A DNA stretch of 64,000 nucleotides from Anthoceros angustus (GCA_010909165.1 MU008173.1:62001-126000); one strand, 5' to 3'; positions 51,800-64,000 are shown, counted from the first letter of the stretch. The notes: a model not told the origin generated them from the sequence alone. Numbers and translations are program-made.

Positions 51800-52670
51800 C
51801 CACCACAACTACGCAGATAAACCGAAGAATGAAAGATCAACCGAGACATATCAAGGAAGTGAGTGATATGCAGTAGCGTCTTTGGAGCCGTTCTCAACCG
51901 TTTTGTGTCCTTTGTGTTTGATGAGGCGCGAAGCAAGCTCCGAGCGCACAATCAGTCCTTGACATACCACAAACAATGTCATTCCGTGTCTTCCTACCTG
52001 CACCACACCATGACCACAGTTCACCACGTTCATGCCCTTGCCGAGAGTTTAGTGCGCGATATAGTTGCCTCCTACTGACTCCTATCTGCCGAGACAGAGA
52101 GGAAACCAGATGGCTTCCATGGATGTCCTCTGTCAGAATGATGTTGAATAGTGTGTTCCTGGCCCTCAGGTGGTCTCCAAATTGCACATCCTTTAGACGT
52201 GTACATGCATCCTTCACATTCTTCAATATCAAGGCTGCAAGGTGGCTATCCTTTGTAGTCTGTGCAATATCTGAACGGTACTCCTTTAGCAATGGCAAGT
52301 GGCCAAAAAGTGCCAAGATGTCCTTCCTGCATGATGATGTGTACGCAGAGGTGAGGGACAAAAAATGTTGCCCAAGTTGGCGAGCTACTCGTTGTTTCGC
52401 ACGGAGAGAGCACTCTCGACTCCCCCTGGAGGCAGCCATAGCCCGATGCTCAGCTCTCCACTTTGGACGCTGCCTGCTGATCACCTTTTGCCCGGCCACC
52501 ACCCTCATGTCTCCTCCCCTCGCGAGCATCTAGCCCTTGTTGTTCATCTTCCTCCTCGATAACCCGCACCAACCGGATGTTTGCGATGCGCTTGTTTGGG
52601 CCTCGCTTCCTCGACGACGCTGTTTCAAATTTATGCTCGCACCGCTTGCCGTGAACGGGCCATGCCACAA
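51800..52670 (-). pseudogene. N-terminal fragment of another transposase-like protein (HTH-like)
   Basis: ORF 51894-52529 has SLSRQIGVSRRQLYRA..GRKTRND and continues as SSNTKDTKRLRTAPK..HFLDMS. No catalytic region follows. Confidence 0.4.
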
Positions 52671-54510
52671 TACCATCATCGGCATGCTATACGACACCGC
52701 CTCATGACTCAGCACTTTACCAAAAAGGCTTGAGTTAAGAGCGACACAAGCACCCATTAACAAGGCCCCACACGATACACGAATGGCACAGTAGCAGATT
52801 ACCTCCACCGCCAGCATCTGCATCTTGCAGATTACCACCAGACACATCACCCAGCACCGCAAGCTTGAACCGAGCATTACAGTGCCAGCATCAGCAGAAG
52901 CGTAACAGCGCCAACATCCTGTAGCGAACCTAGCATACCGCATCAACCACCAGATCAGATACAGCTCATCATCCACAGGTGCACTAGCATCAACATCCAT
53001 CCGGCCACGCCGAAACCTGGCAGTCTCCTCCACTCCAGTGAGCGGATCTGGCTGAATGCTGGTTTGGTTGCAACATAGTGTGACCGCTGCGGAGAGCAAC
53101 CACGCCAGGTTCTTGGTGTCATCACCCACAAGTTCCTACTCCTTCTCCACATCGGACAAATGACAAGTGCACAAGTTTGCTCATGTCACCGACCTTTGCT
53201 GGAGCGTGAGTCCCCAACCACTGATTTCCTCGGCCTTGGCGGTTTTCAGAGGTTGACTTGTTAATGCCAGAGTTGAGTGGTGGTACGCAACCCGATCCAC
53301 TAGGTAAATAATCCAATTCAAATTCCCGCCATAAATCGACGGGCCATGGCCGGTTCATCACAATTGTGGCTAAACGAACTTTGTGTCTGTGGACAAACCC
53401 GTCCAAGTGAACTCAACATTTGTTTATGTGAAATAGATATTCTAATAATCTATATATTTATATATTAACGCCAAATACAAAACTCTGCTATAAGTCAGAA
53501 AAATTAGATACATCCGGACGAAATGAATTACATATATTTATATGAACATAGAGAGGACAAATTAAGAGTGTTTCGTCCGTTCCTCACTTAAGTGAGCACC
53601 AAAGCATGCTTGTTCCCAGTCATCTGTCAATGCCGGCAATGCGTCCACTTCATAAGGCCTTGAAGTGCACAAAATCCGCAGTTCTGGGTCTCGCTGCCCT
53701 CCATCCAACGTTGCCCACAGGACCCATCCTGCCCTTGCCCTTTGGTTTGTAAGTGCACCGTTGAACCCAAAAACCCAAAGCTTCAGCATAGGCGTCATAG
53801 CACAGTTTCTTCATCCGGCTCCTCTGTTTGTGTCAATAGCCATTCCTGCTGCAGAAGCATAGTGTCCTCAAGCTGGTTCATGTGCCTCCGCAGCTGCACA
53901 GTCTCCTCATACGAGTATGGGGAGGGAATTGGATCTGGATTTCCCACCCTCAATGCTTTGGGCAAGCCAGACTTCTCTCCACCGCCTACCGCGGCCTTTG
54001 TGGTGCTTGCCTTTTGAGTGACCCGGACTTTGTGCCCCTTCCGTTCCACCTCCACCTTGCTCAAGTGGTTGGAAAGCATGTCCCGGCGGAGATCGTATCG
54101 GCGTGGAGGATCTGCAGTCGATTTTGCCTCCTTCTTGCTTTTAGATTTCTTACGCCTCCGCGGCTTCTCAAACAAGTCTCCGTGTTAGGCCACACATCGG
54201 AGGTCCTTCTTCTTCGTCACTCGCCATCGTCTGCAGCACGCAACATGGGCATCAAACATGCTCAATCTGGATTAGGCAAGCACCAATTCTATTTCGGACA
54301 AGGAATTTCTCACTGTCGTCCTCGGAAAGGATGGAGAGGCTTTGGCGGGGTCTCTCACAAATTTTGGGAAAACCACGTGCCTCGCTTGAATCGCAGACGC
54401 TCCAGCGTTGGAAGAGCTTCGTTCGCCTTGATTTGGCTGGTTGAAGAAGGACTTCAATTGTTCGGGTTTTAAGGCGACAACAAACCCTAATTTCGCGATC
54501 CGTAACAAGC
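52530..54510 (-). other. Cargo ORF fragments of unknown function, possibly one multi-exon gene
   Basis: Co-oriented ORFs 53795-54175, 53562-53798, 53122-53406 and 52530-53129, with an AT-rich gap at 53420-53560. Confidence 0.3.
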
Positions 54511-55339
54511 CAGCGCGAGGTCCGAGTTATTGTCCTTATCGACTATGTATGGAGGAACAAGGGTGGAATATGTATATGGTGTGCGTTTGATGTTCTTTTA
54601 ACCCATACCCAACATACGGTTCCACACACCCGGCGTTCGCGATGTCCTTCGCACTATCGATTGCACATCGGTTTGCAAGGTAGTGTGACCAACTACGTGT
54701 TTGTTTATATACGCATGAGCAAGCCCAATATGCAATTGGGTAAGTAAGCGTTTTCATAACGTTCGGATACCCTTTTTTCCAGCCGCCCGCTATTGATGGC
54801 TACCGCCATTCATTTTAACTATGGTAGCTTATGCGGCTGCGGCATAGTAGCATAATAGCACGGGCCCCTCCATTACTTGAAATCTATTTAGGATTTGGCA
54901 ATCAAGTGATTTGTCTCTCAACGGCTTCCCGCCTCCTCTGCGGTCAAGTCATGTACCACACACCACCACCTTTTATCACACTTGTCGCGTAGCCGTCGTA
55001 ACCTTCGAGCTACGAGTCCAACACAATGCTCCAGTTCACACACTCCAAGACGCAGGCGATGTGGGTTATTCTTTGCCTTTCATTCCTTGACCAATACCAA
55101 ACAATTGTCATTGACAAATGTAGATGTGCAGGGTCAAGAAGCGGGCCGAAGATTTGGGCAAAATCAAGATGTTTCAGTTCAAAAGTACGATCCCGTAAGC
55201 AGTGAAAGGCAAGCTGGCCCCTCCGTCTCGCCCGATGCAAAGTCCTTGCCACTCTCGCCACAAAGTATGTATTCTTTGGCCGATAGCTGAGTCGTCGGGT
55301 TGTCGTCTTCGCCCCGTCACTCATTGGCATAGGTTTGTG

Positions 55340-58300
55340 TTAGTGGCTCGATCCCGGGATGCGTGTTGCGGTCCGAGGTGGAGAAGAACTCACACGTCCC
55401 GTATATGCTATGTTCCCCGACTTCGAGAACGAACCTCTACTCGCCATAGATAGAAGCCCGTCTGGAAGGAGGAAAGTTGGTGTCGGTGGTGGAGTCGAGC
55501 CTTGTAGAGGATTGTTCACTACTATTTCCAGCGAAGATGCGGGACGCCTAATGCAGATGAGGACAATGTCTTCAGACACCCCAACCATTGAGAAGTTTGG
55601 ACCGGGCGATCTGCGTCACTTTCCATCCAAGCCTTTGGCGATACCTTTCGACCTAGCGATGTGGGCTTCCGTATGCAAACGCCGGGCTAGTGTCTTTGAG
55701 GAAAAGTGAAGGCGATTATGGGAGAGGATTTCAAAGCCTTGTTGCAACAAATTGTGCATCCGCAAGTTCACAAAGAAGCTTTTCATGAACAGCAGTGCAG
55801 TTTGAGAATGGGCACGAGCAAGAGACATTTTTGCAATCATGCGGCGATTTGCAGACAAGGGGTTTTCACCTCATGGGTCGATTCCTATGCAATGTTGTTT
55901 GAAAGCCAAGCGATATCTCTTGCATAGGGTCCGCAAGGACGAGGAGTTGAAGCGGAGGTTATTAACGCACCATGGGGCGCTAATAAGGCCAGCCCTCGTA
56001 CAATCCTCCCATGCTTTGGCTGCAATTGCACGGATGGATGCGACTTTCCTTCACTTGGCGGCGACTCGAATGTGGAGGTATACAATCTACGACACTTTCA
56101 CGAAGCATGAGGTTTGGATACAATACTGAGTGGAATGGAGTCAAAAGGTGAACGCTTTGTGTCGTATGCATATTTCTTGCGGCGTGGGGTCAATTTCAAG
56201 CGGGTGAAGATACCCAAGTCAAATGATTCTCGACTTGTTCCATATCTGTGGTGAAGTTCAACATACTGACACCGATCTTGGAGTTGACCAAGGTAGGCCT
56301 CCTCCCTATTGTGGTGCTGTATGCATGGCATAAAAGCATGTGGAGTAATGGAGGAGTTAGCGTGGATGGGGAGCGGTCGGCGGCGGTGGCTCGATCCCGG
56401 GATGCGTGTTGCGGTCCAGGTGGAGAAGAACTCACTCCAGTCTCGTATGCCCAGCTATGTTCCCCGACTTCGGGGAACGAACCTCTACTCGCCATAGATA
56501 GAAGCCCGTCTGGAAGGAGGAAAGTTGGTGTGCGGTGGAGGCGAGTGCGGCGATTGTTCACTACTATTTCCAGCCGAAGATGCGGGACGCCAATGCGAGA
56601 TGAGGACAATGTCTTCAGACACCCCCACCATTGAGAAGTTTGGACGGGCGATCTGCACTTTCCATCCAAGCCTTTGGCGTACCTTGACCTAGCGATGTGG
56701 GCCTTCCGAGCGGCTAGTGTGTCTTTGAGGAAAAGTGAAGGCGATTCCGTGGGAGAGGATTTAAAGCCTTGTTGCAACAAATTGTGCATCCGCAAGTTCA
56801 CAAAGAAGCTTTTCAGCGTGCGGGTTTACGAGAATGGGCGGACGAGCAAGAGACATTTACGCAATCGCATGCGGCGATTTCGAGGCCACAACAAGGCAGT
56901 TTTCACTCACCTCATGGGTCGATTCCTATGCAATGTTGTTTGAAAGCCTTACGTGTATCTTGCATAGGGTCATAAGACGAGGAGTTGAAGCGGAGGGTTA
57001 TTACAGATGCACCATGGGGCGCTAATAAGGCCAGCCCTCGTGTACAATCCTCCCATGCTTTGGCTGCAATTGCACGGATGGACTTTCCTTCACTTGGCGG
57101 CGCCGAATGTGGAGGTATACAATCTACGACACTTTCACGAAGCATGAGGTTTGGATACAATACAGAGTGGAATGGAGTCAAAAGGTGAACGCTTTGTGTC
57201 GTATGCATATTTCTTGCGGCGTGGGGTCAATTTCAAGCGGGTGAAGATACCCAAGTCAAATGATTCTCGACTTGTTCCATATCTGTGGTGAAGTTCAACA
57301 TACTGACACCGATCTTGGAGTTGACCAAGGTAGGCCTCCTCCCTATTGTGGTGCTGTATGCATGGCATAAAAGCATGTGGAGTAATGGAGGAGTTAGCGT
57401 GGATGGGGAGCGGTCGGCGGCGGTGGCTCGATCCCGGGATGCGTGTTGCAGTCCAGGTGGAGAAGAACTCACACTGCCGTATGCCCAGCTATGTTCCCCG
57501 ACTTGAACCCGAACCTCTACTCGCCATAGATAGAAGCCCGTCTGAAGGAGGAAAGTTGGTGTGCGGTGGATGGGCGCGAGGGATTGTTCACTACTATTTC
57601 CAAAGATCAAGATGCGGGACGCCCAATGCAGATGAGGACAATGTCTTCAGACACCCCAACCATTGAGAAGTTTGGACCGGCCGATCCGCCACTTTCCATC
57701 CAAGCCTTTGGCGATACCTTAATTAGCATGTGGGCTTCCGTGTGCGCAGAGCGGCTAGTGTGTCTTTGAGGAAAAGTGAAGGCGATTCCGTGGGAGAGGA
57801 TTTCAAAGCCTTGTTGCAACAAATTGTGCATCCGCAAGTTCACAAAGAAGCTTTTCATGAGCAACGTGTGTTTCGAGAATGGGCACCCGAGCAAGAGACA
57901 TTTGCATCACAGCGGCCCGATTTCGGTGCCACAACAAGGATGTTTTCACTCACCTCATGGGTCGATTCCTATGCAATGTTGTTTGAAAGCCTTCCGACGG
58001 TATATCGTATAGGGTCCGCAAGGTACGAGGAGTTGAAGCGGAGGTTATTCAACGCACCATGGGGCGCTAATAAGGCCAGCCCTCGTGTACAATCCTCCCA
58101 TGCTTTGGCTGCAATTGCCTGGATGGATGCCACTTTCCTTCACTTGGCCGAGCGACTACCGAATGTGGAGGTATACAATCTACCAGACACTTTCACAAAG
58201 CATGAGGTTTGGATACAATACAGGAGTGGAATGGAGTCGAAAGGTGAACGCTTTGTGTCGTATGCATATTTCTTGCAACTGTGGGGTCAGAATTTCAAGC

Positions 58301-60700
58301 GGGTGAAGATACGTACCCAAGTCAAATAGATTCTCAACTTGTTCCATATGCGCGGGGCTGAAGTTCAACATACGGAGCACCGATGCCGGAATTGACCAAG
58401 GTAGGCCTCCTCCCCAGCTATTGCGGTCTGTCTGTATGCATGGCATAAAAGCATGTGGAGTAATGGAGGAGTTAGCGGATGTAGCCATCGGGTAATGGCG
58501 CGTGAGTCGCCGGGGCGCCCGACACGTTGCTATGCAGGTGATCGAGCCCTCCACCGCAGAAAAAGGAGCCGGCATGGCGGCACCATATTGTCTCGGTGAA
58601 GGGGCACGCATGGCGGCGCCCTCAAATGTCCGCCCTCCCGTTTTGTGCCGTGGAGGGCTCGGATGGCCTTCAATGGCGAATGAGGCGCGGCGCCGGCGCC
58701 TCTTGTGAGGCGGCCATGGCGGCGCCATGCACTCCACCCGAGGGCGCCCGGCATGCGCCCCAAATGTGGAGTGCATAGCATGGCGGCGCCCCCAAGGCCC
58801 TAAAGCGCGGTGAACTACGGGTGCTTTGTTGTGTCTGAGGAAGCTTGCGCCTCTTTGCACCGGTGCTGCATGCCGCGCCTCCAAGCTACTTATAAGGTTC
58901 ACTCCAGGTGATGGAAGGGGCATGTTCGTGGTCGGGGAATGCATGGGTTGGGTTCTTGGTAACTTCTGCGGGGCTGTCGGATTGTATGCAAACTGTCACT
59001 ATGCATTTGGCGTGGAATAATAGGCAGTATGCGTATGTCCTAGTTTCGATCTCGGTTTCAATGCACGACACTCGTCTTCCCAAATAGCTGCTGTATTCAA
59101 TAGTTATTGAATTTGGTGCCCACAAGTCGACAATGGTGTTCCATGACATACGACTATGTATCAAGAGGCACTCAACAAGCATCGGATACGATTGATGGAG
59201 GAACGGAAGAAGTTAAGCATCGGTCGAAATCGTACAAGGAGCGAAATATATGTTGTTATCTATCGGCGGCATGGACGAGAAAAAACTTCTGCCGCATATT
59301 TTGCGGTGGCCAAAGGACTTGAAGGAGGATAGTCGGATCACGGTGCATGTTGTTGGATGCATGATACATAATTACACGTTCGAGGCGGGCGTATCGCATT
59401 ATGCCAATCTCGTGAATGATGCAAATTTAACAATAACTATTATCCGGGCGTTATACACACGTATGAAGGATACTTCCCAAAGTCTTATACGCATTTGGAC
59501 AATACATGCCGAGAGAACAAGAACCAGCTTCTATTTGCGTGCTTGAACATGCTCGTTGAACTCGGGACGTTCGAGAAGGTGAAGGTTGGATTCCTCCTCG
59601 TGGGGCATACGCGACCAAGTGGATCAAATGTTTTCATGTTTTCTAAGCATTTAAAACATAAGGAGGCCGGACATTGCCAACTATGGAGGACATATTGAAG
59701 TCCTCGTTCACCGAATCCAGGTGAAAGTGTTGTGAGGTGGCGACTTCCGGACATACGTATGGCCATTACAATTAGTGAGCGCGGCCGGAAGTATACTGCG
59801 GTTGAAGTTGAACAACCTTTCATTTCAGCACCAGTTCAAAATCACCCGCGAGGACAAAGTTGGACGGGGAAAGGTTACCGTTATTCGCTGTAAGCAATAC
59901 TCCACTTCCCCTTGTGGGAATCAAGATGGGCTCGACTTTTGTTCCGGACACCGTCATCGGGCCCGCTCCTTTGATGGCATTTTGGCGAAGGACAAGAAAG
60001 CTAGTGATGGTGGTTTGACCGCGTGAAGGCGTGGATCACTTGAAAAAGGACTGGTGAAGCACATATTTGACTGTGGAGGAAGAATGGTGGATGGATTTGG
60101 AATGATCAACACGAAATCGCAAATATTGTGGATCATAACATTGGGCTTGTTACGCAAAACCCACGGAGATGGTATGCGATAGGGCTGCCCGTCCCCCTTT
60201 GCACATACGGAAGAAAATTTGTCTTGGACGAGGCTCTTTTGCGTGACATACCACAGGACATGTATCTAGGGGCCTACCAAACTATTGAACGCCAAGAAGA
60301 GGTGGCAAGAAGGATGGATGGCGATATTATGGAGATACTGAGAAAGGAATGTTTATTGTGACACATGCGAGGGTGACACACAATAGGCGTTGGTAGCGAA
60401 GGTTGTAAGTGTGCACCTTGGGGCCCAGAACCGTATTGCTTGTTGGTGGTGGCTGAGCACACGGATGCTTATGAGGGCAAGTATGTTGGAGAATTTTTCA
60501 AAGGTAACGACAATGGACCACCGCCAAAAGGTCGTGGAAAGTGCAAAGGGCCCCAACATCCAAAAGGTTTTGTCGAAAACCATTATTATATACTACGGGT
60601 TTCACTCACTTCAGGAAACATCATGCGCGGATAAAGCTATAAAGGAAAAGTTGAGTGCGCTCGTCCTCACATTCAACCAAACACTTGGATGAGGCAATGG
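55340..60700 (+). pseudogene. Sola-like (DUF7869-type) DDD transposase #2; candidate mobilising enzyme of the giant element
   Basis: LAERLPNVEVYNLPDTFTKHEVW..F..VKIPKS; GMDEKK.LPH..VHVVGCMIH; DNTCRENKNQLLFACLNMLV..KVGFLLVGHT; LSFQHQFKITR. Collinear with transposase #1 and ends ~0.9 kb from the right TIR. Confidence 0.8.
55343..58480. repeat. Three tandem ~1.04-kb copies of the 5' part of transposase #2
   Basis: gtggctcgatcccgggatgcgtgttgc starts at ~55343, ~56386 and ~57423. Confidence 0.9.
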
Positions 60701-61533
60701 AGAGTGATGAAGATGGAGATGAGGCACTGTGGACGGGGCGTCTCGATTCGTGAAGAGTAATGACATGTGCTAAGCAACGAAATAACAAGGGAACCTTATG
60801 TTTATCCCTAATTTCTCTTCATGGCATAGGGTTTGAAAGTCGGACACGAGTTATCGGCATAAGTTTCATGTTCTTGTCATACATTGTTTTTAAGACATGC
60901 AGACCACCATGCCGATGAGTACATCTTAAATGTCACCTTGTAGCGTCTACCATGTTTTGGCATGCAATACGCGCAATACATGATTACACAATTGCACTAG
61001 TCATAAACATTTGCCGTTATAGGCGATGAATGGTGATGGCGGACATGGGTGCTTGTGCTCCACTTTCCACCCTCTAGGCGCCATATGCTCCCATATCGTG
61101 TTCGTTTCCGCCATTATAACAGACAACAGCGTTCATGCGCGCCGTAGAGCCACGGCAAAGGCGCATGCCTGCCATGCCACACCCAATCGCCGCATACATT
61201 TTGGTGATATGACAACCTCTACAAAACCCATACCATAGTTGTCTCCATGTGTCTCCATGTGATTTTAAATGCAATGATTTCTGTTCTTGGCCACAATGAT
61301 TGCAACACAAGCCACAAAACTCGAGCGACTTTTTCCCCTGAGGGGAGAGAACATGGGTACTTTTCGTGAAGCGCATGATAAGCGGAGAGCACCGTTTTCC
61401 GAGCGTGGTTAGCTGGCACAATTCGTGATGTTCACCCTTATTTTACATCGTTTTGCACCTACTCCCAAACATGCCGTTTTGATAAACCATCTTAAACCCG
61501 GATCCACGTATATAGACCCCTGCAGCCGCTTCA

Positions 61534-61566
61534 TGTATATTCAGCCGCTTCAAATATTATGCTGTT
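61534..61566 (-). repeat. Right TIR
   Basis: tgtatattcagccgcttcaaatattatgctgtt is the reverse complement of the left TIR with one mismatch; followed by CTAT. Confidence 0.9.
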
Positions 61567-61570
61567 CTAT

Positions 61571-63795
61571 ATATGTATGCATAACACACCATTTTGAATG
61601 TATAGAACCTGGGAATTACTGTTTTCTCACATGATATCAGAGCATGGTTCAGGAGAAAAGTAAAGTACTTTGCACCACCCTGTGTGGAACTGTTGCCACT
61701 TGTCTTCTATTGCATTGTTTGTAGTTATGCAGACTAAGTGTCTGTGAAAGCTCGTTTGCAATTTCGTGAAGCTTGGTAGTAGTTTTGGTGCGAGGAACTT
61801 TTGTTTTGTCTTTGCATAGCTTTCAAAGGTGTGCATATGGAGACTACTCGTCAAGTGGAGAAGTTTAATGGCAGGAACTTCACATTATGGAAGTTGAAGC
61901 TAAAATCTCTTCTCATTGACAGGATTGTGGAAGTTTGTGGAAAATGGACTTCCGGATGGCGCTTCGAAAAGGATATGACAAGGATGCGAAAGCCTTGGCT
62001 AATATTATCTGAATGTGTCGATGACATTCTCTCACAATTGAGCGAGTGTGTCTCTTCGGGGATGCATGGAAAATTCTTTGCTGGCGTCTGAGAAGAAGAG
62101 CATTGTGAGCGAAATCTGCTGGAAAGTCAATTCTCCAACTTCAAGATGGTTGAGGCGACCATTCAACAACATGTCAACAAGTTGAAAAGCTTGGTTGATC
62201 AAATGAGGGAGGAGATCAAACCTTGAGGGTAAGGTGATCACTGTCTTGAGTAGTTTGCCACCATCATGTAGGCAATTTTTGTTGTCTTATAGGGCATCCG
62301 TGGCGATGCGTCAAGTGACAATCAACCAACCTTTGATGAGGTGGTTAGATTACTCCTACAAGAGGAGCTTGATGGTTCTTTCCGGACACAAGGCAACGAA
62401 GGCTTGGCACTCTTCTCCAAGAAGGGCACATCACGGTGGAAGACCAAGCCAAGTCTCTAGAAGGGACAAAGGATACAGATGCAAAGAGAAAGGTGAAAGG
62501 CTTTTGTTATTATTGCAGGAAGCCCAATCACCACGCAAAGGATCAGAAATAAGATTGGCGAGACTTGAAGAAGGAAATCATCCCAAGCTAATCAAGTCGT
62601 GAGAAGGACCAAGAACACATCTTCGCGTGCTTCACCGAAAGAGATCAAGCGACTTCATCAAAGAAGGATGAGAGTTTGTACCTTGACTCGGTGCATCCCA
62701 AGATTTCGCTTATAACCTTCCTTGGTTCTCAAGCTACGAGGTATTGCGGAGGGCATACGGTGGCGCTTGGTGACAATAGGTCACATGACATCAAGGGAAG
62801 AGGAGTGTTACGAGTCCATCTTCCGGAGGACAACACAGTATTAAGGTGCATCATGTGCCTCATCTTGCGAGGAATCTTCTTTCCGCAAAATTGCCGATGC
62901 AGTCATGAGGTTGTGTTCAATTCCAAAGGATTTGGATCCAATGAAAGCAGCTGAGTTATCAAATGCTAAAGTGATTGCTAGGGGCGTCCGAAGAGGAAAT
63001 TTGTACAAGTTGTGTGCTTCTGTGGGAAGGCAAACTTGCACCTTTATGGACAGCTCACAAAATAGCATTGGATCTATTGATTTATGGCATCAACGTTTGG
63101 GGCACATTGGTGTCGACAATATCAGGTTGATGAAGAACCAACATATGGTTATAGGCTTGGATTTGAAAGAAGTGGGTGAGCTGCAATTATGCCAAGGGTG
63201 CATAATGGGAAAGCTACACTGAACTAAGCTCCCAAAGATTGCAGCGCGACGAGCAAAGATGGTGCTAGAGTTGGTACACACGGATGTGTGTGGTGCAATG
63301 AAAAATCCCACTCATGGCGGAGCCCGCTACATTCTGGTGTTTGTGGATGATTTCACTAAGAAGACCTGGACATATCTTGTGAAGGAGAAATCCCAGGTAT
63401 TTACACTTTTCAAGGAATGGAAAGCCATAGTGGAGAACGCAAGTGGACTCCGTTTGAAGACTTTGCGTAGTGACAACGGAGGTGAATACATCTCCACTGA
63501 CTTCCAACGCTTTTGCAAGGAGCATGGAATTGGGAGGCAACTAACCATCCCTCACACACCGGAGCAAAATGAAGTGGCGGAGCGCAAACTTAAGAGTCTG
63601 GTGGAGGCAGCTAAATGCATGTTACATCATAGTGGCTTGAAGTACGTGAGGTGTTGTTACAAAGAACCTATGTTTTGAATCGAGTTCCAACCAAAGGTAT
63701 TATTGGAATGACCCCGGAGGAAGTGTGGTCTGGCGTCAAGCCCGACAGAAGCCTTTTGAGGATTTTTGGTTCAGTGATCTATGCTCAATTCGAGG
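61571..63795 (+). mobile_element. Ty1/copia retrotransposon: remainder of 5' LTR, PBS, gag, protease, GAG-pre-integrase and integrase; truncated before RT
   Basis: VEKFNGRNFTLWKLKL; YLDS; LWHQRLGH; LELVHTDVCG..FVDDFT..LRSDNGGEY..TPEQNEVAER. Confidence 0.92.
61632..61643 (+). promoter_or_regulatory. Primer-binding site, initiator-Met tRNA type
   Basis: TGATATCAGAGC (canonical TGGTATCAGAGC with one G>A change) directly after the LTR end ..CTCACA. Confidence 0.85.
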
Positions 63796-63799
63796 TACC

Positions 63800-64000
63800 T
63801 CTTTGAGGAATGATTAGCCCAGCTACAGTTGCTAGCATGAAGCAAGAGGAAATTCATGCTAGATGACAGTGAACTGTCAGGCGGACTGCAATATGCCAGA
63901 GGAAAGATTTGAGTGAGGTTCAGATGTGTTTGAAGCGGACTAGATATCAGGGAAGCAATTTATTGACCTCAGAAAATGAGCATGATCAGGGGAAAGGTTC
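63800..64000 (+). pseudogene. CLF/E(z)-like repeat fragment, inverted relative to the upstream copies
   Basis: gttcagatgtgtttgaagcggactagatatcaggg.. matches the reverse complement of 12330-12400 and 20700-20780; the preceding part matches 8520-8600. Confidence 0.75.

Larger units (their letters stand above)
21367..61566. mobile_element. Giant (40.2 kb) TIR DNA transposon with Sola-like/DUF7869-type transposases and multi-gene cargo
   Basis: 33-bp TIRs (32/33 identical), CTAT 4-bp TSD at 21363-21366 and 61567-61570, and removal restores a 196-bp copia LTR. Confidence 0.85.

Overview
Eukaryotic plant-type DNA, probably from a non-seed streptophyte such as a bryophyte or charophyte (inferred from gene families only). 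Pervasive 1-2 bp indels suggest imperfectly polished long-read sequence, so calls of pseudogene status are uncertain. Positions 1-21.2 kb hold a tandem/inverted array of six HSPA12-like atypical Hsp70 copies, interleaved with decayed intron-containing fragments of a CLF/SWN-like E(z) Polycomb gene, plus one intact F-box gene. Main result: 21367-61566 is one 40.2-kb segment bounded by 33-bp terminal inverted repeats (TIRs, 32/33 identical) and a 4-bp target-site duplication (TSD, CTAT). It sits inside the TATA-like region of a Ty1/copia 5' LTR, which can be rebuilt by removing it. This giant DNA transposon carries two Sola-like (DUF7869-type) DDD transposase genes, a CACTA TnpD-like gene and several unknown ORFs. 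It also carries a Ty3/gypsy gag-pol with no visible LTRs that contains a complete cytosine-5 DNA methyltransferase domain and a PHD finger, and appears to read on into one of the Sola-like transposases. The window ends in a 3'-truncated copia element.
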